Shown here: positions 1-8,753 of the stretch, in pieces
Layout of the letters: the number at the start of each line of letters is the position of its first letter
Position numbering within the stretch: position 1 is the first letter of the stretch
Source of the DNA: a virus
Taxonomy: Duplodnaviria; Caudoviricetes
Virus record (IMG/VR): IMGVR_UViG_3300012931_000897
Span: 1 to 33,969 of that record
Reading direction: 5' to 3' (one strand)
Length of the DNA stretch: 33,969 bases
Translations under genes and position numbers: made by a program
The notes under the pieces: generated by a model
The model's input: the letters and a program-made list of their open reading frames with translations, nothing else
Told to the model about the DNA's origin: nothing
Databases searched by the model: none

Positions 1-67
1 TCATTCGTCTCTCCGATTCTGAGAGAAACGCTTCTCTACTGTTCCAACCAAAATGCGAGGTGACACA
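1..67 (-). mobile_element. Possible left end of an IS3-family insertion sequence interrupting the giant gene
   Basis: The minus strand reads TGTGTCACCTCGCATTTTGGTTGGAACAG...GGAGAGACGA-ATG(4..2): a 5'-TG terminus, a drop in GC, and an RBS and ATG ~64 nt inside. This resembles IS3-family left ends as I recall them. The transposase would lie outside the window. Confidence 0.35.
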
Positions 68-3000
68 CGTGCTTGTTCCTTGTGCAGCTCCTGCTCTCCA
101 CGGCGGGTGGACTGGATCTGCCGGTTCCTCCAGGCGAAGTGCTTGATGGCGTTGTAGAGGGAGTTGAAGTCCTCAATGCTCATGTCCCGGACGGAGGTCT
201 TGTCCAGGATGGCCAGCACCTCCATGTCATGCTCGGACATCTCGGTATCCGGATCCGCCTGGAGTCGCTGCCGAAGCTCCGTGAGGGCCAGGCGGCGCTT
301 CGATGTCAGGCCCTTCAGGGTGATGCTTTTCAGGAGGTCCTCGATCGGTTTCCTGGCGTCGGGGTGCATGTACTTCAACTCGCTCTGGATCCGCTTCAGA
401 TCGCGGACCTTCCGGTTGATGTCCGTCCTGGATTTTCTGTCCTGCGTTTCGTTGGCCCGGGATGCCCGGTTCTTCTCGCGGATGGCCTTGATCTTGGCCC
501 GGCCGGCTTCGGTGGCTGTCGTCTTCTGGGTCTTCAGCTTCTCCCGGGCGGAGAGCTTCAGGGCGGCCAGCTTCTCCTCGTGGGACGCGGCCTCCTTTTG
601 GATCAGCTTCTCCAGGTCCGCGGAATAGGAGCGCTCCCGACGGATGTCCCGGGCCGCAGTGCGGGCCATGTTTTCCTTCTTCTGGTTCTCCCTGCGGAGC
701 TGGCGGTTCTCCGCCCGGAGCTTCTCCTCCGCGGTTTCCTTCTCCCGGCGCTCGGCTTCCAGCTGACGGATGGCATCTTCGTCCCCCGTGATTCCGGCGA
801 AGATGGCGCGGTAGGCGGCCGGATCATCGCGGACCTGGTCCATGATCTTGGCGTAGTGCTTCTCCGATAGGATGCCGCCGTTCTTCACGGACATGGCGCC
901 CGTCTTTACGATCCCCGTGAGGTTGTCGATCTGACCCTTCTGCGCGGCTTCCTGTAGGATCCTCGATAGGCCTTCCCGGTCCATGGAGGCCAGGAAGCGC
1001 TCGTTGGCGGTCTTCCGGTCGGTCGTCTCGGCTTCCCGGGCCTGCTCCCAGATCATGGACCAGTAGCCGGAGTCGTGGACCGGCTCCCCGGGGTCCGCCA
1101 TGGCCTCAGCGTACTCCCCGAACTCCTCCGCGGTGGCGAAGGTCGCGGCATCCGCGGCGTAGCGCGCGCGCCGCTCGATCTCAGCCTTGGCCCAGTCGCG
1201 ATCCGCATAGTCGGCCAGGACGTCGTCTCCAACCGCCTCCCCTGCCTCCACGGCCTCCCGGGTGGTCTCCTCGTGCGTCCGGCCCGCTTCCTCCCCTGGA
1301 TCGGGCTGGTAGAGCAACCGGGAATCCGTAGGGGACCATGTTCCCTGGTTCTCCACGCTCTTCGCTTGGTTTGGCTCGAATGCCACGTACTCGGTGACCG
1401 TCTTCCCGTCCGTCCCCTTCACCCCCGACACCGTGCCGATGATCCCGTCGTAGCCCTGGGCCTGGAGCTTCGCCACGCGTTCTGCGGTGAGGAAGGATGA
1501 ATCCCCGCGGTAGGGATTCTTGATCGACAGGTAGACCGCCAGGGGTGCTTCCCGGGAGACTCCGGCGGACCGCGCGTACTCCGCGTCCGAGGTGAAATAG
1601 AAGGCGCCGCCGTAGTTGGACTTCGATTTGTCGAAGGCCTCGAACTTCTTGTCCGTCCCGTGGTAGACGACCTGCGGGGCTCCTGCGCCGTCGGTGATCT
1701 TGGAATCCCCGAACCAGGCCTTGAACGCCGCGGATTCCGTTGGCTCCGCGGACTGGAAGAGGAAACGTCGGTCCTTGAGGCTGAACTCCCCGTTGTTCGA
1801 AGTCCCTTTCACCTGGATGGAATCGAAGGCAATCCAGGATTCCCCCTCTCCCTCCACCTGGTTGGGGTAGACCACCCCGTCGTATCCAATCTCTTCCAGT
1901 GCTTCCTTGGCCGTGGTCCAGAAGTTGCTGGTGGCTTGATCGATCTGCTCCTGGCTTTCGGCCGACTCCAGCACCCGCTGGTGTTGCGCGGCCAGGACCT
2001 GTAGCCGGTCCACGGTCTGCGCATCAAGGCCGGCCTCCATCGTGAGGATCTCCGCGGCCCTCGAGAGCGGGACCTTGTCCCCGCGCTGGGTGATGTCCTC
2101 GGAAAGCCTGAGCGGATTCTGTATGGACAACCAGGCGGCGATGACCTTGGAGCCCTTCGTCTTGGCCTGAGCCTCGGTCCCGAAGTGGAAACCGAGGTCC
2201 CTGGAGACGAGGAAGGTGTCGAACTCCTTGTCCGTCCCGTGGTAGACCACCAGGGGACGGCCCTCCGAATCTACAACCTTGGAGGCCCGGAACCACCGGT
2301 TAAACTTCGGGCTAAATCCCTGGGTATTGACGCCAGCGAGAAGTTGTTGTATTTTTGAATCGACGGAAGGACCTGAAACCTGTACGCCTTGCTTTGGCAG
2401 TGAGACACGACGAGGTTGCAGGTCCTTCCTATTTTCCCAGTCGCTCACGTTTAAATCATAGAAATGCAGAAGGATCTGACCTGATTCCTTAACCTCTTTC
2501 GCGGTTATCCGCACAAGGCAATCCTGGCCATTCACATTGACGCGGGCTGCATAATGGTGCCAAGCCCGGATGTTGGTGGATTTTTTCTTTCCCTGATCAT
2601 GGGGTTCTACGGTAAGCTGAACCGCGGTCTCGAATAGATCCCCTATCCTCTCGATAAGGATGGCCTTCCTGGGATCCGCGCTCCTGCTGATGGCCTCCTT
2701 AAGCCCCTTGTTCGGGATCGTCATGAGGGCGCCACTCTCAGAGTTCACCCATGATTTGGTTGTGGGGGGAAGCTCCCGGAGCCTTTGCCGAATTACGGCG
2801 GCAGTTTCTCTGCTTGCGATCTTGAGGGGGGGAGCCACCTCCAGCTTCTGGAACGCAGCTCCTACCTGCTGCCGGCGGGTCTCCATATTCCCCGGCTGGT
2901 TGAGTAGCTTGGGTCCCGGGGCCCCGGCGGCCGCCGCCTGGCCCTGCCGCGTGAGGATCCGGTCATAGACGCCGCGGATCTCCGGGGAGACGATGGACCG

Positions 3001-5532
3001 GATGGAACGGTAGATCCTGCGCATCCAGTCCGCGAACCGCTCGTAGATCCCCCGCAGCTCGGGAGTCGGGGCGAGGCCCTCGCGCAGGTAGTCCTCGAAT
3101 CCTTTGGCGAACTTCTCCTCCGCAGCTTCCGACCAGGCCGTCTCCGTGGCCCCCGCCCACGCCGCGGCGGTTGCCATGTCCGCGGCGGAGAGCTGCCGGC
3201 GGAAAACATGCGATAGCTCGTGGACCCATGAGGAGAAGTCGGAGGTCTGGGACAGGTGGATCAGGGCCCGGCCGTCTTCGAGGAACTCGACGGCCGCCTT
3301 CTTCCCCTGATTGAGCGCCGCGGCGCTTTCCTTGGAATCCGCGAACACCCCCGGGGCAAGGTACTCGTCCATCCATTCCTGGGTGGTCATGCCCTTGGCC
3401 TCGGCCGCGAGGTCCGCCAGGATGGCCGCGTGGTCCGCCTCAACGGGATTCCAACCCGGGAAGGCCTCGCCGATCCTGCGCCGAAGCTCCGCATTCTGCG
3501 GGGCCCGCTCCGCAAACTGCGGAACCTGGGACTCGGCCACGGTAACGGGCGTTTCTGCCTCCGCGAAGCGCTCAACGAACTCCGCGCGGGTCTCCCGCCA
3601 GGGTTCCGCGGATCGACGCTCCGAGTCCTCCAGCTCCCCGAAGGTTGTCCCGGCCTGGACGGGCTGCGTGGACTCGTCGTACCACTGCAGGCCGATGGAA
3701 TCCAGCTTCTTCTGGGTGCGCCGGATCTCCGCCTTCACTCTCTTCAGATCCGCCTCGATGGTGGCCCGCGTGACCGGGTCCGGGGCGGTTTCCAGGTTCT
3801 TCTTCTGTTCCTTATCAACGGCCTGCAGCTCCACCAGGTCCTGCTGGGGGCCCTGCCTGCGCGGGTTCTCCGCCAGGAGCTGGTCCCGGACGCGCTTCCC
3901 GATGGTGTCCTGGGGGTCCCAAACGATCGCCTTGCCGGGATTCTGCGCCATGACGGCAACGACCGCGGCCTTGGCCTGGCTCTCGAATCCGGCCACCGTG
4001 GTGAGCTTCTGGATGCCCACAGAGGCGGTCCCGGTGTCCACGGTGATGGTCCCGTAGAGGGTAGAGGTCTGGGGGTCCTCGATGCGGAGCGTGCTGGCCC
4101 CCCGGGGAGCGACAACAGGCGCCTGCACCGCGGCCGCTTCGCCCCCGGCCTCCCCCGCGGGGACCGCCACGGACTGGCCCTGGGCGGCCTCCGGAATCAG
4201 GCGGACCGTTTGGGGGACCTGAGGGGCCGCGGCCTGTTCCACCGCCTGCCCCGCGGCGCGCACGCCCTGGGCCTCCTTCAGCGCTTGGTTGGCGGTATTC
4301 AACAGCTCCGCACGGCGGGCCTCGTTCTTCTGCGCCGTTTTCTCGCCCATCGCCTCCCGGGTCTCCCGGATTGACCCGCCGAGGCCGATCAGGCTCATGC
4401 CCATGGCGGTGGACTTCGCGGTCTCCGTGAGCTGCGTGACGTAGTCCTTCAGCGTGGCGGTGGGGATGCTGGTTCCCGCCGCGGCGTTCCCGGCCTCGAT
4501 CGCCATGTCCGTCCCGAGCTGTTCCACGAGGGTCTGGGACATCTCCTGCAGCGTCTCCGTGGCGATGTTGGTGCCGTACTTCGCGATGAGGGTCGTAAAG
4601 TAGTTCTGCAGCTTCCCCTTCTCCACCCAGTTCTTGATGACTGAAAGGCCGCTGTTCTCAATGAGTGGTTTCAGGAAGGTCCCGCCCCCGGTCACCTTCT
4701 CGAAACTGAGCTCCTCGAGGGCACCGGCGAGAGCTCCAAAGGGGATGGCGATCGACCTGGCCACCTGGGCGAACTTCTTTCGGAGGTCGGGGTTCTTGTA
4801 GACGGGCTTTCCCGTGGTGGGGTCGATCGTGTTCATGACCTGGAGGAAAATGCTGTTTGCCTCCAGGTTGATGTTCTCGATGGTTCCACCGATCTTCCCG
4901 CCGATGTTCCATCCCACTTTGGCCCCGGCCGCGGTTCCCCCGGGACCCATGGTGGAACCGATCCCGGCGCCCACCAGCGCCCCACCGGCGCCGAAAAGCG
5001 CACGGGCTACGCCGGTGTCCACCATGGAGGGGATGAACTGGATGGCGGAGAGTCCGGCCTGGCCGAGGAGATTCCGCTGAACATTGTCCTCCCTCGGTCG
5101 GCCGGCCATGAGCTCGTCGTATTTCGACCACTTCTCTTCGTTGTCCGGATCCATCATGAGGCCCAGCTTCGAGGTCTCGATGTCCGTCCAGGACCTGCGC
5201 CATTGGTTCTGGGCCGCCTGGAGGTAGGAGAGCGGAAGGTCCTTCGACTTGAAGTAGTCCTGGGCGTAGTTATCGAAGTTCAGGTATGCGGACCGGGCCG
5301 GTACCTGCAGGGCCTTGGCCAGGTAGATCGCGGTCAGGCGCTTCGCTTCCATCTCCTGGGAGGAATCCAGGGACATGAGATCGTCGTACTGCTGTTGGTA
5401 CCAGAGACGGCCAGCCTCGGAGGGATTGGAGATCCACGAGGGGGTGATGCTTGCGGGTGCCTCTGGAAGGATTTCCTTCGGCTGAAAAAGGGGCGTCGGG
5501 GTGATCCATGAAGGCGTGATTGGATCGGACAT
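1..5532 (-). CDS. Large polyvalent (injected internal virion) protein: glycine-rich hydrophobic segment, HExxH zincin-like motif, LPD3-like domain, two ART-PolyVal ADP-ribosyltransferase domains, coiled coil; possibly truncated
   Basis: ATG at 5532 overlaps the upstream stop (TGATG) and has a GGAGG RBS. Motifs: SSWVHELSHVF (~3208-3222), and two units of the form F..WF..SK..D..G.P.VVYHGT...F.F...LSI.NP...GYDG...AF...Q.K (~2316-1760 and ~1740-1320). It follows the tail tube and internal virion genes. Confidence 0.85.
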   Translation of the reverse strand: MSDPITPSWITPTPLFQPKEILPEAPASITPSWISNPSEAGRLWYQQQYDDLMSLDSSQEMEAKRLTAIYLAKALQVPARSAYLNFDNYAQDYFKSKDLPLSYLQAAQNQWRRSWTDIETSKLGLMMDPDNEEKWSKYDELMAGRPREDNVQRNLLGQAGLSAIQFIPSMVDTGVARALFGAGGALVGAGIGSTMGPGGTAAGAKVGWNIGGKIGGTIENINLEANSIFLQVMNTIDPTTGKPVYKNPDLRKKFAQVARSIAIPFGALAGALEELSFEKVTGGGTFLKPLIENSGLSVIKNWVEKGKLQNYFTTLIAKYGTNIATETLQEMSQTLVEQLGTDMAIEAGNAAAGTSIPTATLKDYVTQLTETAKSTAMGMSLIGLGGSIRETREAMGEKTAQKNEARRAELLNTANQALKEAQGVRAAGQAVEQAAAPQVPQTVRLIPEAAQGQSVAVPAGEAGGEAAAVQAPVVAPRGASTLRIEDPQTSTLYGTITVDTGTASVGIQKLTTVAGFESQAKAAVVAVMAQNPGKAIVWDPQDTIGKRVRDQLLAENPRRQGPQQDLVELQAVDKEQKKNLETAPDPVTRATIEADLKRVKAEIRRTQKKLDSIGLQWYDESTQPVQAGTTFGELEDSERRSAEPWRETRAEFVERFAEAETPVTVAESQVPQFAERAPQNAELRRRIGEAFPGWNPVEADHAAILADLAAEAKGMTTQEWMDEYLAPGVFADSKESAAALNQGKKAAVEFLEDGRALIHLSQTSDFSSWVHELSHVFRRQLSAADMATAAAWAGATETAWSEAAEEKFAKGFEDYLREGLAPTPELRGIYERFADWMRRIYRSIRSIVSPEIRGVYDRILTRQGQAAAAGAPGPKLLNQPGNMETRRQQVGAAFQKLEVAPPLKIASRETAAVIRQRLRELPPTTKSWVNSESGALMTIPNKGLKEAISRSADPRKAILIERIGDLFETAVQLTVEPHDQGKKKSTNIRAWHHYAARVNVNGQDCLVRITAKEVKESGQILLHFYDLNVSDWENRKDLQPRRVSLPKQGVQVSGPSVDSKIQQLLAGVNTQGFSPKFNRWFRASKVVDSEGRPLVVYHGTDKEFDTFLVSRDLGFHFGTEAQAKTKGSKVIAAWLSIQNPLRLSEDITQRGDKVPLSRAAEILTMEAGLDAQTVDRLQVLAAQHQRVLESAESQEQIDQATSNFWTTAKEALEEIGYDGVVYPNQVEGEGESWIAFDSIQVKGTSNNGEFSLKDRRFLFQSAEPTESAAFKAWFGDSKITDGAGAPQVVYHGTDKKFEAFDKSKSNYGGAFYFTSDAEYARSAGVSREAPLAVYLSIKNPYRGDSSFLTAERVAKLQAQGYDGIIGTVSGVKGTDGKTVTEYVAFEPNQAKSVENQGTWSPTDSRLLYQPDPGEEAGRTHEETTREAVEAGEAVGDDVLADYADRDWAKAEIERRARYAADAATFATAEEFGEYAEAMADPGEPVHDSGYWSMIWEQAREAETTDRKTANERFLASMDREGLSRILQEAAQKGQIDNLTGIVKTGAMSVKNGGILSEKHYAKIMDQVRDDPAAYRAIFAGITGDEDAIRQLEAERREKETAEEKLRAENRQLRRENQKKENMARTAARDIRRERSYSADLEKLIQKEAASHEEKLAALKLSAREKLKTQKTTATEAGRAKIKAIREKNRASRANETQDRKSRTDINRKVRDLKRIQSELKYMHPDARKPIEDLLKSITLKGLTSKRRLALTELRQRLQADPDTEMSEHDMEVLAILDKTSVRDMSIEDFNSLYNAIKHFAWRNRQIQSTRRGEQELHKEQARVSPRILVGTVEKRFSQNRRDE

Positions 5533-7865
5533 CAGCGATCCTCCGTGAAAGCGGATGTGAGGAGCCTGTACTCCGCGTCCTCGAGGTCCTGCTTCGTCCA
5601 ATTGCCGCCGACCGCATGCCACATCTGAAGGAGTTTCGGCGCCATCTCTTTCGCCACCGATTCCTTGTCCGCTTTCGTTGGGGCCCTGGGCGTTACCTGA
5701 ACGGTCATTCCCTGTTGGGCCTGTGTGGGTGACGGAACCTTCTTATCGACGGCCACATCCACGAGCCTCTTCCGGGCTTCCGCGTAGATTTCTTGATAGA
5801 ATAGGTCGCTGTTCGGATCTGCCTTAGCCGCCTCGGTTTTTGGTTTTTCAAGTGCTTCGCTTGCAGCCAGTGCTGAATCGTGTTCAGCTTTGGCCGCTTT
5901 CTTCGCATTATTGGGCAAGGTCGTCGCGGGGTCCCATCGCAGCCCATGCGCCCGATCAGCCCCGCCTGCCACCTCATATACCTTGATCTTTTTGTCTTCG
6001 GGATCGGCCATCACCTTGTACCAGTGCGGCACCCCATCCGTTCCATTGATCAGGTACATCGGCAGGTCGTCGCCTCCGTTGGGATCGCTATCGATTGCTT
6101 CTTGAAGGACTTCCGTGATTCCGAACTTTCTGGCCAGGGTCTGCTTGGACCACGAGTCGATTTGGGTGTAAGCGGTGGCGGCTTCCTTGGAAGACGACCG
6201 GTCAATCTCATGGTTCTGCATGCTCAAAAGGAGGTCCGCGGCACCGCTCTTGGCATCATCGAGGTTGTACGGGTCGAACTTGGGGATCATAGCGTCTGTG
6301 ATTTCCTTGCTCTTGACCCCGCCGAGGAGGGAGTCGACCTTCTTGGATAGAGTCTCCAGGTATCCCTCTTCATCCCAGTGATTGGCGAGCATATTGATGA
6401 AGCTGTTTTGAGTCTCAAGCTCCTCCTTCAATATCGCGTCCAGCTTTTTCGGGTCCGTCTTCCCCTTTCGATTCGAATCGTAAAAATCGCTGATGCGCTT
6501 CTCCTGATCGAGAATGCGTTTGTCCGTGAAGTTTTTCCGTTGCGCCAGCGTTGAGCTGAATTTCATGATGTCGTCGTTCTGGAGGAGCACGGTACCGTCG
6601 GCGGAAACTTCGCTGCTTTTAAGGACCCTCATAAACTCCTGGTCCGGCATGTTGGAAATGAAGTACCTCTTCATCAGGGCAAGCGTGGCCTGATCGGACA
6701 CCGGCTTCTTCTCTCCCCGCTCAATCGCCGCGATGTCCTGCTGCGCCACGCCCCACCAGTACATCTGCGTGCCTCGGATCATCTTGGAGTCGTATTTTTT
6801 CTCAGGATCCAGGAGGAGCTTCTGGAGGGCGTACGGATTCCCCTTGTTCTCGAAGTAGAACTTGCCCACTTCTTCGTCCGCCACGCGGTCCGTCTCGTCA
6901 AGCTGACGCTTGAACTCCACCTGTAGCGCCTGGCGCACCGAGGGTTGATACGCTTGTGGGGTCTGCGCGTAAACGTTGGCGATTGCCGTCTCCCCTGTTG
7001 CTCCCGTCGCCAGCATGGTCTGGAACCCCTGGATCCCTTTGTCGATCCATTTCAGCTCCGCCACCTTCGATTCATACTGCGCCGCGTTGCGCAGGGCATC
7101 CGCGTTCTCGCTTGATAGCCCGGTCTTCACTAGCCCCTGGATGTACTCGTCCGCTTTGGCAAAGCCGAAATCCGTGGTCATGGCCCGGACCTGGCGGTCC
7201 TTCACCCCCAGGTCCCATTGCTGCTGAGCCTGCTGGGTGATGGCGGCTTTCGCGTCGGCACCGAGCCACGCGGCCCCGCTGATCGTCTCCTGGACCTTGG
7301 AGAAATCCCCGGAGGCGACGGATTCCTTGAGAGCGGTGGCCAGGTTCTGGGCATGCAGGGTGTCGCGCTCCTTGAGCGCGCGCTCCTGGGCCGCGTTCAA
7401 CGCGGTTTCGGTCAGGGAGTCGTAGATGGAATAGAGGCTGTCCTTGGCCCATGTACGTACGGACTTGAAGTCCCCCAGTCCGGCATCGATTTCCTTTACC
7501 TTCTCCTGGTAGTACCGCTCGAAATCCGCGGGGATCTCGATGGAACCGTCCGCCCCGGGCTGGATTGCTCCGGAGAGGGCCAGGTCCCTGATCCGCTGCT
7601 TCATCTCCTGCTGGGTGGTTTGGAGCTGCGCCTTGGTCTTCTCGAGGGCGCCCTGCTCGAATATCGAGTAGACCTCTTTCCCGACGTCGAGGAGCCCGGA
7701 GACCGCCCCGGAGACGGCCCCGGCGATGGTCTGGTCCTGCTGCAGCTGAAGCTGGCGTTTATTGATGTTGGCGGCCTTGCCTGAGAGGATGGCCTTCTGC
7801 GCCTGGCCCGCGCGTTCCAGGGCATTTAAGGCGGGGCTGTAATCCACGGTCGGGAGCTTGATCAT
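5532..7865 (-). CDS. Putative internal virion/ejection protein (777 aa, helical)
   Basis: Long ORF with RBS, rich in Q/A/K. It sits between the tail tube genes and the giant protein, the position of T7-like ejection proteins. Function is inferred from position only. Confidence 0.6.
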   Translation of the reverse strand: MIKLPTVDYSPALNALERAGQAQKAILSGKAANINKRQLQLQQDQTIAGAVSGAVSGLLDVGKEVYSIFEQGALEKTKAQLQTTQQEMKQRIRDLALSGAIQPGADGSIEIPADFERYYQEKVKEIDAGLGDFKSVRTWAKDSLYSIYDSLTETALNAAQERALKERDTLHAQNLATALKESVASGDFSKVQETISGAAWLGADAKAAITQQAQQQWDLGVKDRQVRAMTTDFGFAKADEYIQGLVKTGLSSENADALRNAAQYESKVAELKWIDKGIQGFQTMLATGATGETAIANVYAQTPQAYQPSVRQALQVEFKRQLDETDRVADEEVGKFYFENKGNPYALQKLLLDPEKKYDSKMIRGTQMYWWGVAQQDIAAIERGEKKPVSDQATLALMKRYFISNMPDQEFMRVLKSSEVSADGTVLLQNDDIMKFSSTLAQRKNFTDKRILDQEKRISDFYDSNRKGKTDPKKLDAILKEELETQNSFINMLANHWDEEGYLETLSKKVDSLLGGVKSKEITDAMIPKFDPYNLDDAKSGAADLLLSMQNHEIDRSSSKEAATAYTQIDSWSKQTLARKFGITEVLQEAIDSDPNGGDDLPMYLINGTDGVPHWYKVMADPEDKKIKVYEVAGGADRAHGLRWDPATTLPNNAKKAAKAEHDSALAASEALEKPKTEAAKADPNSDLFYQEIYAEARKRLVDVAVDKKVPSPTQAQQGMTVQVTPRAPTKADKESVAKEMAPKLLQMWHAVGGNWTKQDLEDAEYRLLTSAFTEDR

Positions 7866-7880
7866 CAGCGTCTCCCTGTC

Positions 7881-8750
7881 CTATCCCAGGATATAATCGT
7901 AAAAGTCTTCATCATAGTCGGGGGGGACATACCCAAAATCGTCGTCTCCATACCCCGTAAGGAAGGTGTCTTCGGAGTAGTCCTCCTCCTCTTCATCCAG
8001 GATGTGGCTGTAGAAGTCCTCGTCGTAGGTGCTCTCTGTCTCCTCGGTGGTGCTTCCGTTCTCTTCTTGTTTCCGACGTTCTTCTTCCGCCGGGTCGTCC
8101 GTCGTGGCCTCTTCGGTTGTCGTCGTGGTTTCCGTAGTGGTCGTGTCGGTCCTCGCGGCCTGGATTGCCGCAAGCGCCGCTTCCAGGTTGGTCTTCGTGG
8201 TGGACAGCGTCCCGAGGGTCGTCTGGTAGAGCTCGAGCTGTTTCTGCGCCGTGGATTTGTCGAGAGCCAGCTGATTGGTCAGCTCCGTGAGCCCCAGCTC
8301 GTAGGTCCCGGCGGCCGCCCCTTCCCCGCCCAGCGCCAGGTCAGCGCCCGCGTATGAGACCGCGGACTCGTAGGCTGCCTTCCCCTGGTTGAGCAGCTTC
8401 CCCTGGGTCTGCCCGGTTGCGGATGCGACTTCATTAATGTCCCCGTAGTTGGATAGCAGGGTCTGGAGGCTCTCCTTGCCTTCCTGCTCGTAGGTGGTCG
8501 TCTCCAGCTGGGCTGACGAGTCGAAGTTTCCCAGGTACTGGCTCAGTAGGTCGATCTGCCCGGAGGCCTCCGTCTGGGATAAATCAAGCTGGGCCAGCTG
8601 GTTCTTGATGTCGGTTTCCTGGAGCTCGAGATTGAGGTTGTACTCCTCCTCGGCCAGGTCCTGCTCTTCCAACGCGTTGGTGAAGGAGAAGATGGATTGG
8701 ATGGTGTTCCAGATCGTCGTACCGATCGACAGGATCGATGCAAGGTCCAT
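7881..8750 (-). CDS. Putative internal virion protein with Thr-rich linker and highly acidic C-terminus
   Basis: Amphipathic N-terminus, coiled coil, then TTTTETTTTT and a D/E/Y-rich tail. It lies directly after tail tubular B. Confidence 0.6.
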   Translation of the reverse strand: MDLASILSIGTTIWNTIQSIFSFTNALEEQDLAEEEYNLNLELQETDIKNQLAQLDLSQTEASGQIDLLSQYLGNFDSSAQLETTTYEQEGKESLQTLLSNYGDINEVASATGQTQGKLLNQGKAAYESAVSYAGADLALGGEGAAAGTYELGLTELTNQLALDKSTAQKQLELYQTTLGTLSTTKTNLEAALAAIQAARTDTTTTETTTTTEEATTDDPAEEERRKQEENGSTTEETESTYDEDFYSHILDEEEEDYSEDTFLTGYGDDDFGYVPPDYDEDFYDYILG

Positions 8751-8753
8751 CTC

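Noticed and set aside
1641-2250. Near-identical DNA around YHGTDK (CTTGTCCGTCCCGTGGTAGAC) twice
   Set aside because: Explained by the two paralogous ART domains, so not an independent repeat element.
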